From assembly GCA_951406725.2 (NCBI GenBank), contig OX597822.1, positions 8,308,001-8,372,000 of the forward strand: a DNA stretch of 64,000 bases, in the 5' to 3' direction. Below, piece after piece: positions 13,981 through 27,419 of this stretch. Origin of the DNA: Octopus vulgaris (lineage: Eukaryota). Position 1 is the stretch's first letter. Each line of letters opens with the position of its first letter. Position numbers and translations under genes: made by a program. A model generated the notes under the pieces. It was not told the DNA's origin. It did not search any database and saw nothing but the letters and a program-made list of their open reading frames with translations.

Positions 13981-14921
13981 AATATTTATATATATGTATA
14001 TATATATATATGTATGTATATATATATATATATATATATACCACTTTTTATATGTGTGTATTTATATCTATATGTTTGTGCCTTTTCCTTCTTTGCAACG
14101 CTAGATCGTCTGGATAATTGTTTCAGAAAATGAAGAGTAATGATACTTATTAACCATACATTGAGTATATATTTCACAGAAGACCATAATAATATTGTCA
14201 CATTTATTGACATAATGAGTTATTTAGCCACATAGGCGCCATTTCGACGGATATCTTCAAAATTACAGCAAGTTGGACTGCCTCTGCTGCAGCTTTGGTT
14301 TTCGCCAATAAGATGTCTTAGACGTTCATTGTCCTCTATCGGCATAAAGGTCATTTAATAATGGACGAAAGATTTTCGATATGGGAAGATCCGGAAAGGC
14401 AGCGGCCACACGATCAACCAGTCACCTTGTATGCCGTAAGATACTTGTAATGTTCGGATGGCCCTAGCAGATAGGAGGGGAACAATTTAAATTTTCCTTC
14501 AACACCGCTGAGGGTGCCCTATTTACTTAGCAAGATGAACAGGAATCAAACAAACTTCGAAAATACCTTAATATTAACTTCAAAAATCAATCAATAATAT
14601 CGAATCAATGATAAATCAAACATGATTTTTATTGAACTCCTAACACTTTTTATTTATTATTTTCTCAGATATTTCCTTGTAAAATGTTTTAAACTTTTCT
14701 TATTATTATTATCAAAGAATGTATATGATACTTTTGTGATAACCAGTACTTAACGCAACAAAGCTTATATAAAGCTTTACATTTTCCTTTTGACAATCTT
14801 TTTTCTAAAAAAAGTGATACCGGTCAAGTGAATAAACATCTTTAAAATTGCATTTTCAAACCTTTTATATATGATTATATATATTTATATATATACAAAT
14901 ACACACACACACACACATACA

Positions 14922-14966
<45 letters not shown>

Positions 14967-14976
14967 ACACACACAC

Positions 14977-15032
<56 letters not shown>

Positions 15033-15473
15033 TTTCTAACTATCTTCAGGCTAGTAAGGTTAAAATATGTCTTATTGTTAGATTTGGTACCATATTACCC
15101 ACTTTTAAAAGATTTATCAATGAAACGTTAATGGAAAATTTTGCAGAAGAAAATATTTGCTTATCGAATTCGTAAAAAATATTTATGAAACACATCGTGA
15201 TCCACATGTAAAAATCATACTTCCTTGATAGATTTTCAAATCAAATAATGATAGAGGGGAATTCATTGCAACACTGTGTTCAAAATTTGCATCGCGTAAC
15301 GTCTGTGTTGAGCGATAGGGAAAAAATCAGCCCATAAGTGAACCGTTGTCTGCTCGTATTCCTAACTGCATCTTGCTACCGGATATATGAAAAAATACCT
15401 ACTCCAAAAATATCGTACAAATCACCGTGAACGTTTTTAACCAAAGACAATTTATATTATTAACTAACGATAC

Positions 15474-15680
15474 GGAGGTAAGCTAGAAGAATCGTTAACA
15501 TACTGGACAAAATACTTAGCGATATTTCGCCTATCGCTACGTTCTGAGTTCAAATTCTACCGACGTTGCCCTTCATCCTTTCGGGGGTCAATAAATTAAG
15601 TAACAGTCAAGTACTGACGTCGATTTGCTCGACTATCCCCTTACCCTCAAATTCCAGTCGTCGTGCAAAGAGTAGAACGA
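15474..15680 (+). mobile_element. SINE family B, old copy
   Basis: gagttcaaattc...cttcatcctttcgggggtcaataaattaagta matches 35050-35280. Confidence 0.65.
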
Positions 15681-15716
15681 TATTAACTAATGCTAATATG
15701 TGTCAGTGTCTCTGGT

Positions 15717-15787
<71 letters not shown>

Positions 15788-15792
<5 letters not shown>

Positions 15793-16150
15793 GTAAAAGG
15801 GCTTAGTAAAATAAATTACTTTGCCACATACTGAACTCATTAGAAATAGCAACCAAAAAAGATTTTCTAGCCATTTCTAATACTTAAAGAAAATTTCTCT
15901 CAGATAGTGTTTACTCAAAATAGTGTTTACTTCGTGGGTTATTTTGAGTAAACACTATCTGAGAGAAATTTTCCTTAAGTATTAGAAATGGCTAGAAAAT
16001 CTTTTTTGGCTGCTATTTCTAATGAGTTCAGTATGTGGCAAAATAATTTATTTTACTAAGCCCTTTTACACAATGTAATATTTTGAATTCGCCTTAAATG
16101 GTCCCCTTACATACTGAATACTTGGTGAAATTGATTAATAACTAATTAAT
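15788..16150. repeat. ~135-bp near-perfect inverted repeat (15788-15922 / 15940-16074) inserted in (TA)n
   Basis: attgtgtaaaagggcttagtaaaat...gtttactcaaaata versus tattttgagtaaac...attttactaagcccttttacacaat. Confidence 0.9.
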
Positions 16151-16167
16151 TTTACCCTCAATTGTTG

Positions 16168-16209
<42 letters not shown>

Positions 16210-19200
16210 AAATATGCATATACTCATATATGTATATACATATTTATGTTCGTATATATGTTTGTGTGTTTATACACACATATATATATATGTATAACTA
16301 CACATAGACAGATATATATATATCTGTATATATATATATAAATTCATATATAAATCCACACAAGCATACGTGTGTGCGCGCCTGTGCATAAGCATTGATA
16401 TGTATCAATTCATGAAGAAAAGAAAATCACATACAGCCTAACGCAATTTTTTCTTGTTGTAAACCGATAATGAGGCAGACATAATTACAAAGGAAATAAA
16501 TAAAAATGTAAAAAAGAAAAAAATGACTGGAAACATAAATACTGAATATTTACATGTCATCATACTAAAGTAGAAATTAATTTTTCGCAACCATTTTGAC
16601 GAGTCCTTTTGCGTCTCTGAGGCCAGACGGAATGAAGATTAATGTCGTAGCAAACTAATAAAGAGTGTCACTGTAAATCTATGGCAGCTCGTAAAATCGT
16701 GTCCTGGAATATATTTCCATGGTTTATATGTCTTTATTAGCACATAAATATATGCTTTTTTTCCTTTATCCTTACAAAAGTAATCGATACACTTCTCAGC
16801 TTCATAAAGAATCTAAAAGATATTCTGTTTCCTGTTTTGTACCTCAGAGTTTGACCCAAATTTCATCTATCTAATGCTAGTAAATGCAATTTCCCTCCTT
16901 GTTTGGTGAATTGCTTCTTCTATTATTGTATGTGAAGTGTCTAAAATAATACAGATTGAAAGGAATGAAGCCAGAGCAGATGTAAAAGATGGAATACGCA
17001 GTTTATGACCCATTTGTTTGCAGGAGAAATTGCTTAAATTAAGAGAAAAGAGAAGAAAAAGAGTAAAATGATGATTTGTCAAAATGTATTGTTACCTGAA
17101 TTGTTTTGTGTTTCAAATGGTTGGAACAAATACTAGTGTCAATATATATTGTGTCTTGGTATTTTATCAATTTAAGTGCATACAATAAATAGAAAGGATA
17201 TTTGAGGTATTAAATTGAAAAGAAGATAATAAAGAATAAGACTGCCGTCATTATGTGAAACAAGGGTGAACATATTGGAAACAGCACGAGGAACAACTTC
17301 AAAAAAGTTGTAGGTTTATATAGGATATATCCTGAAAATAAAATGAGATAAGTGCAGTTCAAGAAAGCAGGAAACATATCTATCTCATTAGTGTATAAAA
17401 GTCGTCTCGTGTCATTTATTTCCCGAAACATTTTGAAAGATACTAAGACTGGTATAAAAATACAACGGAAGTCATGAAATTAACCATGAAAGAAAAGAGA
17501 AATAAATTCCTTTTAACGCTGAAGAACAAAACGCCATTGCAGAAGAAACTATGATGGAGTATGGACAGACTGCAATGAACAAGTCAATCTATCTTAAATC
17601 CTTTACAGAAGTAAAAAGTATCGCAGAATACATATGTTTCCCGGGTTTCACAGGCTGAAGCTTGGTACAAGATTAAAATAATATTTCGCAATGACTAAAG
17701 CAGAGCATGATTTGCAGACATGGGACACAAATTGAGAAAAGTACTAAAAAGGTGAGACGCATGTTAATTGTAGAAAGAGAGCCCTAAATGTGTTGGAGCC
17801 TTCCATTCTTAATGTTTGCCAGTCAAGACATCATCCACAGTGATTGTCTTCAGTTCATTCCTCAGATCCTCATCCATTAAAAGTATCTTACACCTTATGA
17901 GGAAGAGCTGACTACATTCTAGTAAGGGTAGGGTGTACATATTTCGGTTAATATAGACATTAATCACAGCTTTCTACTGCACATTTTTCAGGTTTTATTC
18001 ACTTCACATCATTACAAGTCAATGGTATGTTATTACCTGATAACGTGATTCTACAAAATGGTTGTTCATTTTGAGCATATAGCTTTGGAAGAATGTTTCG
18101 TAAACTCTTGGAGCAGCGACTGAATAAGTTAAGGAAATAGTAGCTTGTGTATCCGACACTACTGCTATCCGTCTCTCTTTCTCGTCTTCCAAATTTCCGG
18201 TTCTTTGGGGTTCAGTCTTATTGCTTATTCTGGTGATTCCAACGAGCAGTTACGCGTCCAGAATGTTTCTATAATCGTAGAATACGTCTGTTTAAAGAAT
18301 ATTTCCAATGGTTCTTAAGCATTCATAAAGCACCTTGAGAATTTCTATAAAAATATTCTATTCAACAACCTTCATAATGCTGAAGATATTCGTTTCCCTT
18401 CGTCATCTTCGTTATTGACAAATATCTTTGTAAATTAAACACCTCTATGTATATTATGTATATTGAATATATCTTGAATTTGAGGCAAGTAACAGGGTCA
18501 CGTTTCACGCATTTTGCAATTCATATTTTGTCTTATTTAAAACAACAATTATGGTCATGTTAAATGATGCAAATCCCAAGGGTCAAACATCATTTCCCGC
18601 CTTTCACAAGTAAAACAGAAATTGCATATATGGACATGAAGCAGGCGTTACTTTTCTATATACATATTCTAAACCCACACACTAACTAAATGATGAATCG
18701 CTTACAATACTCAAGTATTAAAAAATGGACATTGAATTGATCAGAACATGAGAAGCTACATTCCAAATATAACAAAATATTAGAATTATCTGTAATAGAA
18801 GGAAGTTATTTGCAGAAAAATACTTGAAAAATATTTAGGTTGTAAACTGGGTATTTGAAAATAATAGACTTGACATAACTGAAAACAACAAAGTAAATAA
18901 CAAAAGCAGCCTTGCGTAATAGAAACACCACAACTATAAAAAAATATATAGGAAGCAAAAATAGGTGAAATTGTGAACTTCATAATCTGAATGTAAAAAA
19001 TACCTAGGGACATTGAAAATATGCTATCACCTTTCATGCAACCAATATGTTCGAATGAAATACTTCCATGTTAAAAGAGCAATAGCAGTATGAAAATGTA
19101 TACGGTTGGCTATTTTATACCTTATGAAAACCAATCTAACAGCAATAACACCACGTGAAACAAAGTAAGAAATATGCAGTTACATATGTACATACAAAGA

Positions 19201-20129
19201 ATAATATATACTTCATCAGATCTAGTTTTGGTTTAATATCAGACATATGGAACAAGCACGGAAGAAATGTAACAGAATATTAGAGAAAATTTTCTCAGTG
19301 TTTAACTTAATGCTTACAAAGATAAGGGATAAAAGGCTGTGAAATATGACCACCATATAAAATAGATAATGTACCTAAAATCAATGAACGACTTAAAAGT
19401 ATTCCTCGCAAATTTGGCCTCTGGAGAAATATATCGTAGAAAGATACAAAGATACATTAACAACAGAATACTACGTTAATGCAATATAGTTATCGAGAGT
19501 GATGCTTGTAGGTTAATATATACAGTGTACGCTCTGGTTTATTTGGGAATAAGGATGTGCTCGAGGTTATAATGTTGTTGTATCTACAGCCATGATGTAA
19601 GTCGTGATAATAGTATTAACACTGATACGGTTCTTTTCTTCTAAAGGTGGTGAGATGCATTGTTGTGCAAAATCATCAGACAAGTTCGTTCGAAATTGTG
19701 AGTATTATAGTGCTGGAAAAATTCTTTTTTTTTTATCGATTTAGTTTTCCTTATCAACGGTAACCTGGTCATTCTCACGAGATTTTGTTGCTTCATGCTA
19801 TGTTTTCTCACTTTTGCCATTTAGTGTCGACCTGGGAATCTTTACCACCTAACATGCCTGGGGTGTCCAAGGAAACACGGTTTTTGTAGATATATTGTTA
19901 TCTTAGATTCTCAAAATTATAATTGTTAGAATTCATTCCTGCTATTGTCTTTCGTTACTTTTCCCTGATTTCAGTGTTATTATTGCAGGTGCTGCGTTTG
20001 ATCTTTTGCGGGTGCCGATGCTGATTGTGTTGCTATGGAGTTGTTATACAGTGATTGGTGTTTTTTTTATCATTAACGGTAATTTAGTAACAGTAGTTGA
20101 TAAAAGTGGTGTCTTTCACCTAATACTTC

Positions 20130-20480
20130 CCTGACTTTCGGGGCGGAAGGGTTTGATGCGATTGATGTTTCCACAATTGTAGCAGCTCTACTGTCTACCC
20201 AACCGCGCATGAACTTGTTACCCTTTAGGGCTCTATGATCTGTTCTGGATCCTCTCCAGTGTCTTAAGTCTCACTTCCGTCAAGATTGCCAATCTCAACA
20301 AACACAATTTTTTTTTTCTTTCGGATATGATACGATACGTTTTTTTTCTATGAAAACTATTTCTCCAACTCTCTTAAATTTAGTTATCATAGCGTTTTCG
20401 GGAAGTTGTCGGAAATCTAGATACATTAGTATCAATGTAATTTCCCCAGATCGACGAGGTGAGTGTTTTGGGGCCACGTT
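20130..20480 (-). pseudogene. Possible LINE ORF1 (gag-like zinc knuckle) remnant
   Basis: Minus frame RLGRQ*SCYNCGNINRIKPFRP resembles a decayed CX2CX4HX4C knuckle. Confidence 0.35.
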
Positions 20481-20538
20481 TCTAAGTTTAAAAATATCAC
20501 ACGTATGAAGTAAATAAATTAATAAATTAATTAATTAT

Positions 20539-20592
<54 letters not shown>

Positions 20593-20673
20593 TGGGGGAT
20601 ATTTTCCTTGTTAAAATTTATTTTGTTGTCTTCACATGCAAATAAAGTGAATAAAGAAAACATTAATATTACT

Positions 20674-20915
20674 TACATTATTTACATTATTTACATTCGA
20701 CGGATATTTGTCCTCATCTTATTTATTGTTAACACAACGTTTCGGTTGATATACCCTCCAGCCTTCTTCAGGTGTCTTCGAACCTGGATTCTCATTCCTA
20801 AGGTATTTTTGCATGTTAACCACTACGCCATATGCCCGTGGGCATAAGGCGCAGTGGTTAAGAGCGCGGGCTACTAACCTCAAGATTCCGAGTTCGATTC
20901 CAAGCAATGACCTGA
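20674..20915. mobile_element. Composite tRNA-head / hammerhead non-autonomous element in head-to-head arrangement
   Basis: Plus-strand tRNA head at 20840-20901 with A box AGGCGCAGTGG and B box GAGTTCGATTCC; inverted partial head at 20816-20837; minus-strand hammerhead at 20731-20776; (AATAATGTA)n tail. Confidence 0.7.
20731..20776 (-). ncRNA. Minimal type I hammerhead ribozyme
   Basis: GACAC-CUGAAGA-A-GGCUG(GAGGGUAUAU)CAACC-GAAAC-GUU-GUGUU: stem I GACAC/GUGUU, palindromic AACGUU stem III. Confidence 0.75.
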
Positions 20916-20941
20916 ACAACAAGAACAACAACAACAACAAC

Positions 20942-20995
<54 letters not shown>

Positions 20996-21044
20996 TATAA
21001 TAATTGTGACCCCCTTTCGGTCAGACACTGACCATGGGCTAAAT

Positions 21045-21109
<65 letters not shown>

Positions 21110-21118
21110 GAATAATAA

Positions 21119-21149
<31 letters not shown>

Positions 21150-21199
21150 ACGAAGAAGAAGAAGAAGAAGAAGAAGTTGAACCCATCACCCACCTGCAG

Positions 21200-22456
21200 T
21201 CACTGATCGCCTATACGTGAAGAGAGAAATTGAAGGAGGGAGACTGATAAGTGTGGAGGACTGCGTGCGTATCGAACTCGAAATTTTAATGAAAAAACCT
21301 AGCCCAAAGTAAGGAAATCTTGCTAGTGACAGTTAGGAACGAGGGTGTGTTGAGATAAGAGAAAAAAGAGAAGTACAAAAAAAAATGGTATGAAGAAGAA
21401 TTACAGAAGAAGGGACTACAAAATCAATTCCTTGTAGTAACAACAGAAATTGCTGGAAAATTAGATTGAATCTTCTGGTCAATGGATACCAAACAAAAAA
21501 AAAATACCGAGAGGAGTATACTGGCAGGGCAGGGCCAAGTTCTGAACACGAACTGGACGGTCAGTCTGAGGAATGAGCAAGTGTATCCGCTGTGGCGCAT
21601 TTGCAATAGAAATGAAACCATGGCCCAGATCACGAACTAATGTCTGAAACTTGCCCAAAGCCACTACTTTTGGCGACACGATCAGGTAGCGAAAGTGCTA
21701 CATTGGAATCTGTGCGAAAATTGGGGTAGAGAGAGGAAAGACGTGGTATGAGCTGGCAGAAACGTTAGCACACCGGGTGAAATGCTTAGCGGTATTTCGT
21801 CTGCGTTACGTTGTGAGTTCAAATTCCGCCGAGGTCGACTTGCCTTTCATCCTTTCGGGGTCGATAAATTAAGTACCAGTTACGCACTGGGGTCGATGGA
21901 ATCGACTTAATACCTATGTCTGTCCTTGTTTGTCCCCTCTGTGTTTAGCCCCTTGTGGGTAATAAAGAAATAGGTATGAGCACAAACCGCAGAGAGTGTC
22001 AGAGTTGGATACTAGTAAAATCACCTGGGATCTCCTAAATCAAACACATCAAGTGGTAGGCCATAACAGAATAGATCTAGTGGTGGATGACAAGATGCAC
22101 CACGTATGCTATAGAGTTGAAGATGCATGCCCCTTTAACCCACGGATGGTCAAGAAGAAAGATGAAAAGATAGATAGATACAACTCTCTTATGCCCGAAA
22201 TGAAGAAGGTGAAGATAGTGCCAACTATTGTCGGGTCCTTGAGAACAGTATGAGAAGGCATCAAGAAGAATATAATGGTAATTGGAATAGAGTGCCCAGT
22301 AGAACTGTTACAAAAGGTTTGCCTCCTTGGCACGGCCAGAATATTCAGGATAGATAGCTAAAAAGAATGAATAGCATGTTACCGTAGGCTGTAGGTAGTG
22401 AACCCGGTAAGCATGCAAGACTTCAAGAGTTCCAACAAATCGAGGGATAAACAGAA

Positions 22457-22458
<2 letters not shown>
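21200..22458 (+). mobile_element. Decayed R4/Dong-type LINE 3' part (RLE domain), interrupted by a SINE
   Basis: RHDQVAKVLHWNLC, WYEHKP...KITWD...HNRIDLVV...KKDEKIDRY...VKIVPTIVGSLRTV; ends in (AAT)n. Confidence 0.8.
21751..21973 (+). mobile_element. SINE family B inserted in the Dong fragment
   Basis: Near-identical to 35050-35280; GGTATGAGC duplicated at 21745-21753 and 21973-21981. Confidence 0.9.
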
Positions 22459-22516
<58 letters not shown>

Positions 22517-22617
22517 TTTGATGATAATAAGAAGAAAAGGAAGAGGAAGGAGAGGAAGAAGAAGAAGAAGAAGAAGAAGAAGAAGAACAACAACAACAAC
22601 AACAACAACAACAGCAG

Positions 22618-23185
22618 CACTAAAATGGAGACAGAGAGCAAAATGCTTCATTGGAATCTGTGTGAAAGTGGGAGTGAGAGAAGAGTAAGAGTGGTATGAG
22701 CAGAAACCTCATAGAATTGGGGAGTCGGAAATTAGCAAAATTCTCAAGGATTTTCCAATCCAAACAGAGCGGGTGCTAGAGCATAACAGACGGGAGCTAA
22801 TAGTGGTGGACAAAATGCAATAGATATGCTATATAGTTGATGTTGCATGGCCCATTGACCCAGGAATAGTCAAGAAGGAAGACGAAAAGACAACTAAATA
22901 AAGCTCCTTATGTACGAAATAGCCCGGCTATGGAAAATTAAGGTGAAGATAGTGGGAACAGTAACAGAATGCATCAAGGAAAATATAATGGAAGCTGGAA
23001 TGGAGTGTCCAGTAGAACTGCTACAAAGGGTTTGCTCCCTTGGCACGACCAGAAACACCAGGGAAGAATTAGATAGCTGAAAAGAATGGATAGCATAGTA
23101 CCGTAGGCAACAGGTAGGAAGCTCCTTGTGCATGCAAGACTCCAGGAGCTCTAACAAGACCTGGGATAAAGAGAAATAAGAATAA
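22618..23185 (+). mobile_element. Second Dong-type LINE 3' fragment (same family as 21200-22458)
   Basis: LHWNLCVKVG, WYEQKP, DFPIQTERVLEHNRRELIVVDK, ELLQRVCSLGT; shared 3' UTR gaatggatagcat..taccgtagg; ends in (AAT)n. Confidence 0.8.
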
Positions 23186-23200
23186 TGATAAATAATAATG

Positions 23201-23236
<36 letters not shown>

Positions 23237-23239
<3 letters not shown>

Positions 23240-23367
23240 CCCCCCCCCCCAAATATATGGCACACTAGACATAACAACAACATGAACTTCCAACCCTGTT
23301 GTCTCTTGAGGTCTCTGGGTGAGACTTGGAGCCAACTTGTACAAATATAAAGCAAAAGTCAAACATA

Positions 23368-23370
<3 letters not shown>
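23237..23370 (+). mobile_element. Solo 3' end of the R4/Dong family found at 47887-52772
   Basis: ccccaaatatatggcacactagacataacaacaacatgaacttccaaccctg matches the reverse complement of 47888-47945; flanked by (AAT)n. Confidence 0.85.
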
Positions 23371-23403
<33 letters not shown>

Positions 23404-23423
23404 TGACGATGATGATGATGATG

Positions 23424-23470
<47 letters not shown>

Positions 23471-23998
23471 TAGAAGAAGGTGAAGAAGAAAGGAGGCGGA
23501 GGGGAGGCGGAGGAGGGGAGGAGGGGGAGGAGGGGGTTTCGTTAAGAAGGAGAAAGGAATAGGAGACGGAGTAGAAGGAAGAGGAGGAGAAGAAGAAGAA
23601 GAAGAAGAAGAACAACAACAACAACAACAACAAGAATTAGAACAAGAACAACAACAACAAACGTTTCTTTTAAGACAAGCAGGCAGACTTTCATTAAACA
23701 TGACACGGCCGATAATAACGTTCTATATTGAAACTCGAGAAATAAATTTTAAATAAACAAATCTATTTAAAATACAAAGAAATATGAAACAGAAAAATAA
23801 ATAAATTTATTCACAGGTATAAATACAATCTTTAAACTATTCTATTGGGAAAATATTCCATCGTGTTCCAGATGCAGTCTCTGCCTATTTCATGGTACCA
23901 TTTTCTTGCCAACATATAAATATTGTTGGGAATTACATCTCTTTTATTTGAAAGCTCAGTAGATAATATATAAATCAAAATGACTTTAAATAATACAA

Positions 23999-24417
23999 CT
24001 CTTTTACTCTTTTACTCTTTTACTTGTTTCAGTCATTTGACTGCGGCCATGCTGGAGCACCACCTTTTAGTCGAGCAAATCGACCCCGGGACTTATTCTT
24101 TGTAAGCCCAGTACTTATTCTATCGGTCTCTTTTGTCAAACCGCTAAGTGACGGGGACGTAAACACACCAGCATCGGTTGTCAAGCAATGCTAGGGGGAC
24201 AAACACAGACACACAAACATATACACACACACTTATATATATATACATATATACGACAGGCTTCTTTCAGTTTCCGTCTACCAAATCCACTCACAAGGCA
24301 TTGGTCGGCCCGGGGCTATAGCAGAAGACACTTGCCCAAGATGCCACGCAGTGGGACTGAACCCGGAACCATGTGGTTGGTTAGCAAGCTACTTACCACA
24401 CAGCCACTCCTGCGCCT
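23999..24417 (-). mobile_element. SINE family A, full length
   Basis: Head AGGCGCAGGAGTGGCTGTGTGGTAAG...GGTTCAGTCCC; tail (GTAAAAGA)n. Confidence 0.92.
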
Positions 24418-25335
24418 ACAAGGTAATTTTTTGTCTTATCCATCCTATAAACGCAACGTTATGGCTTAAATTTTATACAGAGCTTGATCATCTTAATCAT
24501 TATAGTTTCATTTCATCTCATTTTAGTACTTTATGAAGTTATCGGTTGATCAATCAACATTTATTGAAAAATAAGTAATTCGACAGAAATGAAGTGCTCC
24601 AAAGAGAATTGTATCATTCAACAAGAAGAGATGGCGTTGAACAATTCCCCTATGTTGCGGTGCTGCCAATAAAGTCTTTAAGTTGACTGTATGTTGGCAA
24701 GCAATATATATAGTTATATAATATTTACTGCAAACCGCTGGAAAGCGAAGACTATTTTCTTTGAATAATAAGTTTTCATATATAAGTAAGTGAATTCATA
24801 ATTAACTACGTATTTGTTAATAAACAAACAAGGTATAATTGTATTAAGTATGCGTTTTAAGAAAGTTATCTCTAATCACTGCAAATTACCTTACACCTGT
24901 TCATTAACATTGGCTGTCACTAAATTTACCCTGAAAAAAGAAGCCTATTGTTTTAGACACTGCATTTGTTTGTGACATTTGAAGAAACTATCCGATAGAA
25001 CAATCCATAGGCTTAATATTAGCCAATGATTCACAGCTCATACAAAATATTGTAGTCAAAATATTTGTTAAGTATTTGTGCTTGCTTAAGTGGATTCCTA
25101 CTATTGCTTAAAAATATTGCACACATCTCATCAGTGATAGTAGATTGCTGGCGGTTATTGAGGCAGAAACTCCTATTTATGACTGCCCTCTTATCACCAG
25201 ACATGGGGTTTCCTTAATGCTATGTCAATTTTGACAATTCCAGATGGTTGAAATTATCTTCCCTTCTAAAGATACATGCTCTAGAGAGGTAGGTAGTTTT
25301 ACAATGTCGGTGATATACCTGTATTTGTCTATGCA

Positions 25336-25672
25336 TCTTTTATCTCTTATCTTTTAATCGTTTCAGCAATTTGGCTGTGATCATGCTGTGATCAGAGGTT
25401 TTAGCTGAAGAGATCTAGACCAGAGCTTAATTTTGAAAGCATGGTACTTATGTTATCGGTCTCTTTTGAGGAACTGCTAAGTTACGGGGATGTAAACATA
25501 CCAAGACCGTTTGCCATGCGGTGATGGGGACGGGCTTAGTTCAGTTTCCGTCTACCAAATCCACTCACAGCGCTTTTTTTCTGCCAGAAGCTATAGAAGA
25601 AGACCATTTGCCCAAGGAGCCATACAATGAAATTGAACCCGAAACCATTTGGTTGGGAAGCAAGCTTCTACC
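25336..25672 (-). mobile_element. SINE family A, old degenerate copy
   Basis: gctaagttacggggatgtaaaca and cagtttccgtctaccaaatccactcaca motifs. Confidence 0.7.
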
Positions 25673-26699
25673 TATGTGAATAATAGCTTAGCATAAAACA
25701 AGTTAACTTTAAGAGGTTTTAAAAACAGATTTAATATATGTTGCTATATCAGGTACTGAGGTATAGGAACAATTTATTGCTTTATAGAAAGGTAGCACAG
25801 CATTCCTTTCTCAAGAGAAGTATGCTTGTTAAACAATGTCGAGTTATTGCTCTTTTCGAGAAAGAATTATCTTCATCTGAACTGTTCCTTTATGAGACAT
25901 TCCCCAACAAATAGAAAATAGGAAATTATCTCCTAGCTTTATGTTATTTGAGCTTTGAGATTCAGCGAAAAGTCAGTTATTGCGAATATATCTATATATG
26001 TTTTCCTCTACCAAACCCAGTAACAAGACTCTGACTTGCGCAAGGCTATATATTCAGGACCGTTCCTGAGGTGCCACGCAGCGGGACCAAACCTAAAACC
26101 ATGTGGTTGGAAAGAGAACAGCACGTACAGTTCCCATGTCTCTAAACGACTCCAATTATCTCATTTTCTTTACCCGAAGGAAAACATTATTGCATCGAAG
26201 ATATTGCTTGCTTTCCTTCCATTGGACAGCAAAAGAAAGCGAGGATATTGCTCTAAGTTTTAATATACTAATAGCAGATTTAACATTACATCATGGCAAA
26301 CTCTCAATAGCATTCATACTTGATATGAAATTTCATCTTAGTTACCCTTGCTTCTTGATCCTGTGAACCACGAATCATAGTAATTGGCAGCTCTGTGGTT
26401 AAGTCATGCAGATAACGGATAGGGCCTGTCTTATAAAAATCTTCCACTAAAGAACAGACTGAGTGCGGACAACGTCTAATTTCAGGTTTACTTGTTCCTT
26501 TTCTTTTTGCCGCATTGTAACCAGTTTCTACTCAATAGAGCAGATAATTACCAACGGATACACAAAAGACACCAGCGGCATTCTACGATGTGATGTTGTT
26601 TGTCTGCGAAATTAAACTCTTGAATCTTCAAATAACTCTCATGGTCCGTGAACTATTCACATACAAATGTCAGCAAACAGACACAAACATACACAAATG

Positions 26700-26768
<69 letters not shown>

Positions 26769-26978
26769 TAGGAAATAAATCCAAACTTACAGGGAAAAAT
26801 TAGATTTAGGATTAAATCCAATTTTATAGTAGAAATATATTATATTATATTATATTAAATTAGAGATAAAACCACTATAAGGCAAATCAAACAGTGAAAA
26901 ACATAAGCCAATACATAAAATTAATTTAAAATATAAAAGTTAAAAATAAAAAAAACATTTAAGTAATTTAAACTTATA

Positions 26979-27050
<72 letters not shown>

Positions 27051-27419
27051 ATTTTTATATTTATATACTATTTTATTTATTAATTATTTAATTAATTAAT
27101 TTATTTTTTATTTTTTTATTTTTTTTAAATTTATTTATTTATTTATTTATATATATATATTTACACATGTGTGTGTGTGTGTATATATGTGTGTGTGTAT
27201 TAGTGACACCCCTCTCCATGCGTATCATTTAGTATAAGATCAAACAATATTGAAGCTCGTGTGTGTTTACGTTTTAAATTGAACTTGGACATTTTGAATT
27301 TCTTTCATGTTTTATAATCGTGACTGTTCTTGGTTAAGAATCAGTTTTTTCAATCCTCAACTAACACTCAAAACGCTTTGAGAGTATAAAATATACATCC
27401 ATTCAAACGGATATATGCA

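Noticed and set aside
16850-19520. Non-repetitive stretch with coding-like composition
   Set aside because: No sustained ORF or recognisable motif; may be very old TE debris.
20840-20910. Possible tRNA gene
   Set aside because: A/B boxes are present but there is no convincing acceptor stem and it runs into repeats; treated as a tRNA-derived head.
24188-24469. Recurring ORF ...[22 protein letters not shown] (also at 31346, 38097 and, in another frame, 40956)
   Set aside because: Antisense reading of SINE family A; recurrence reflects the repeat, not a protein family.
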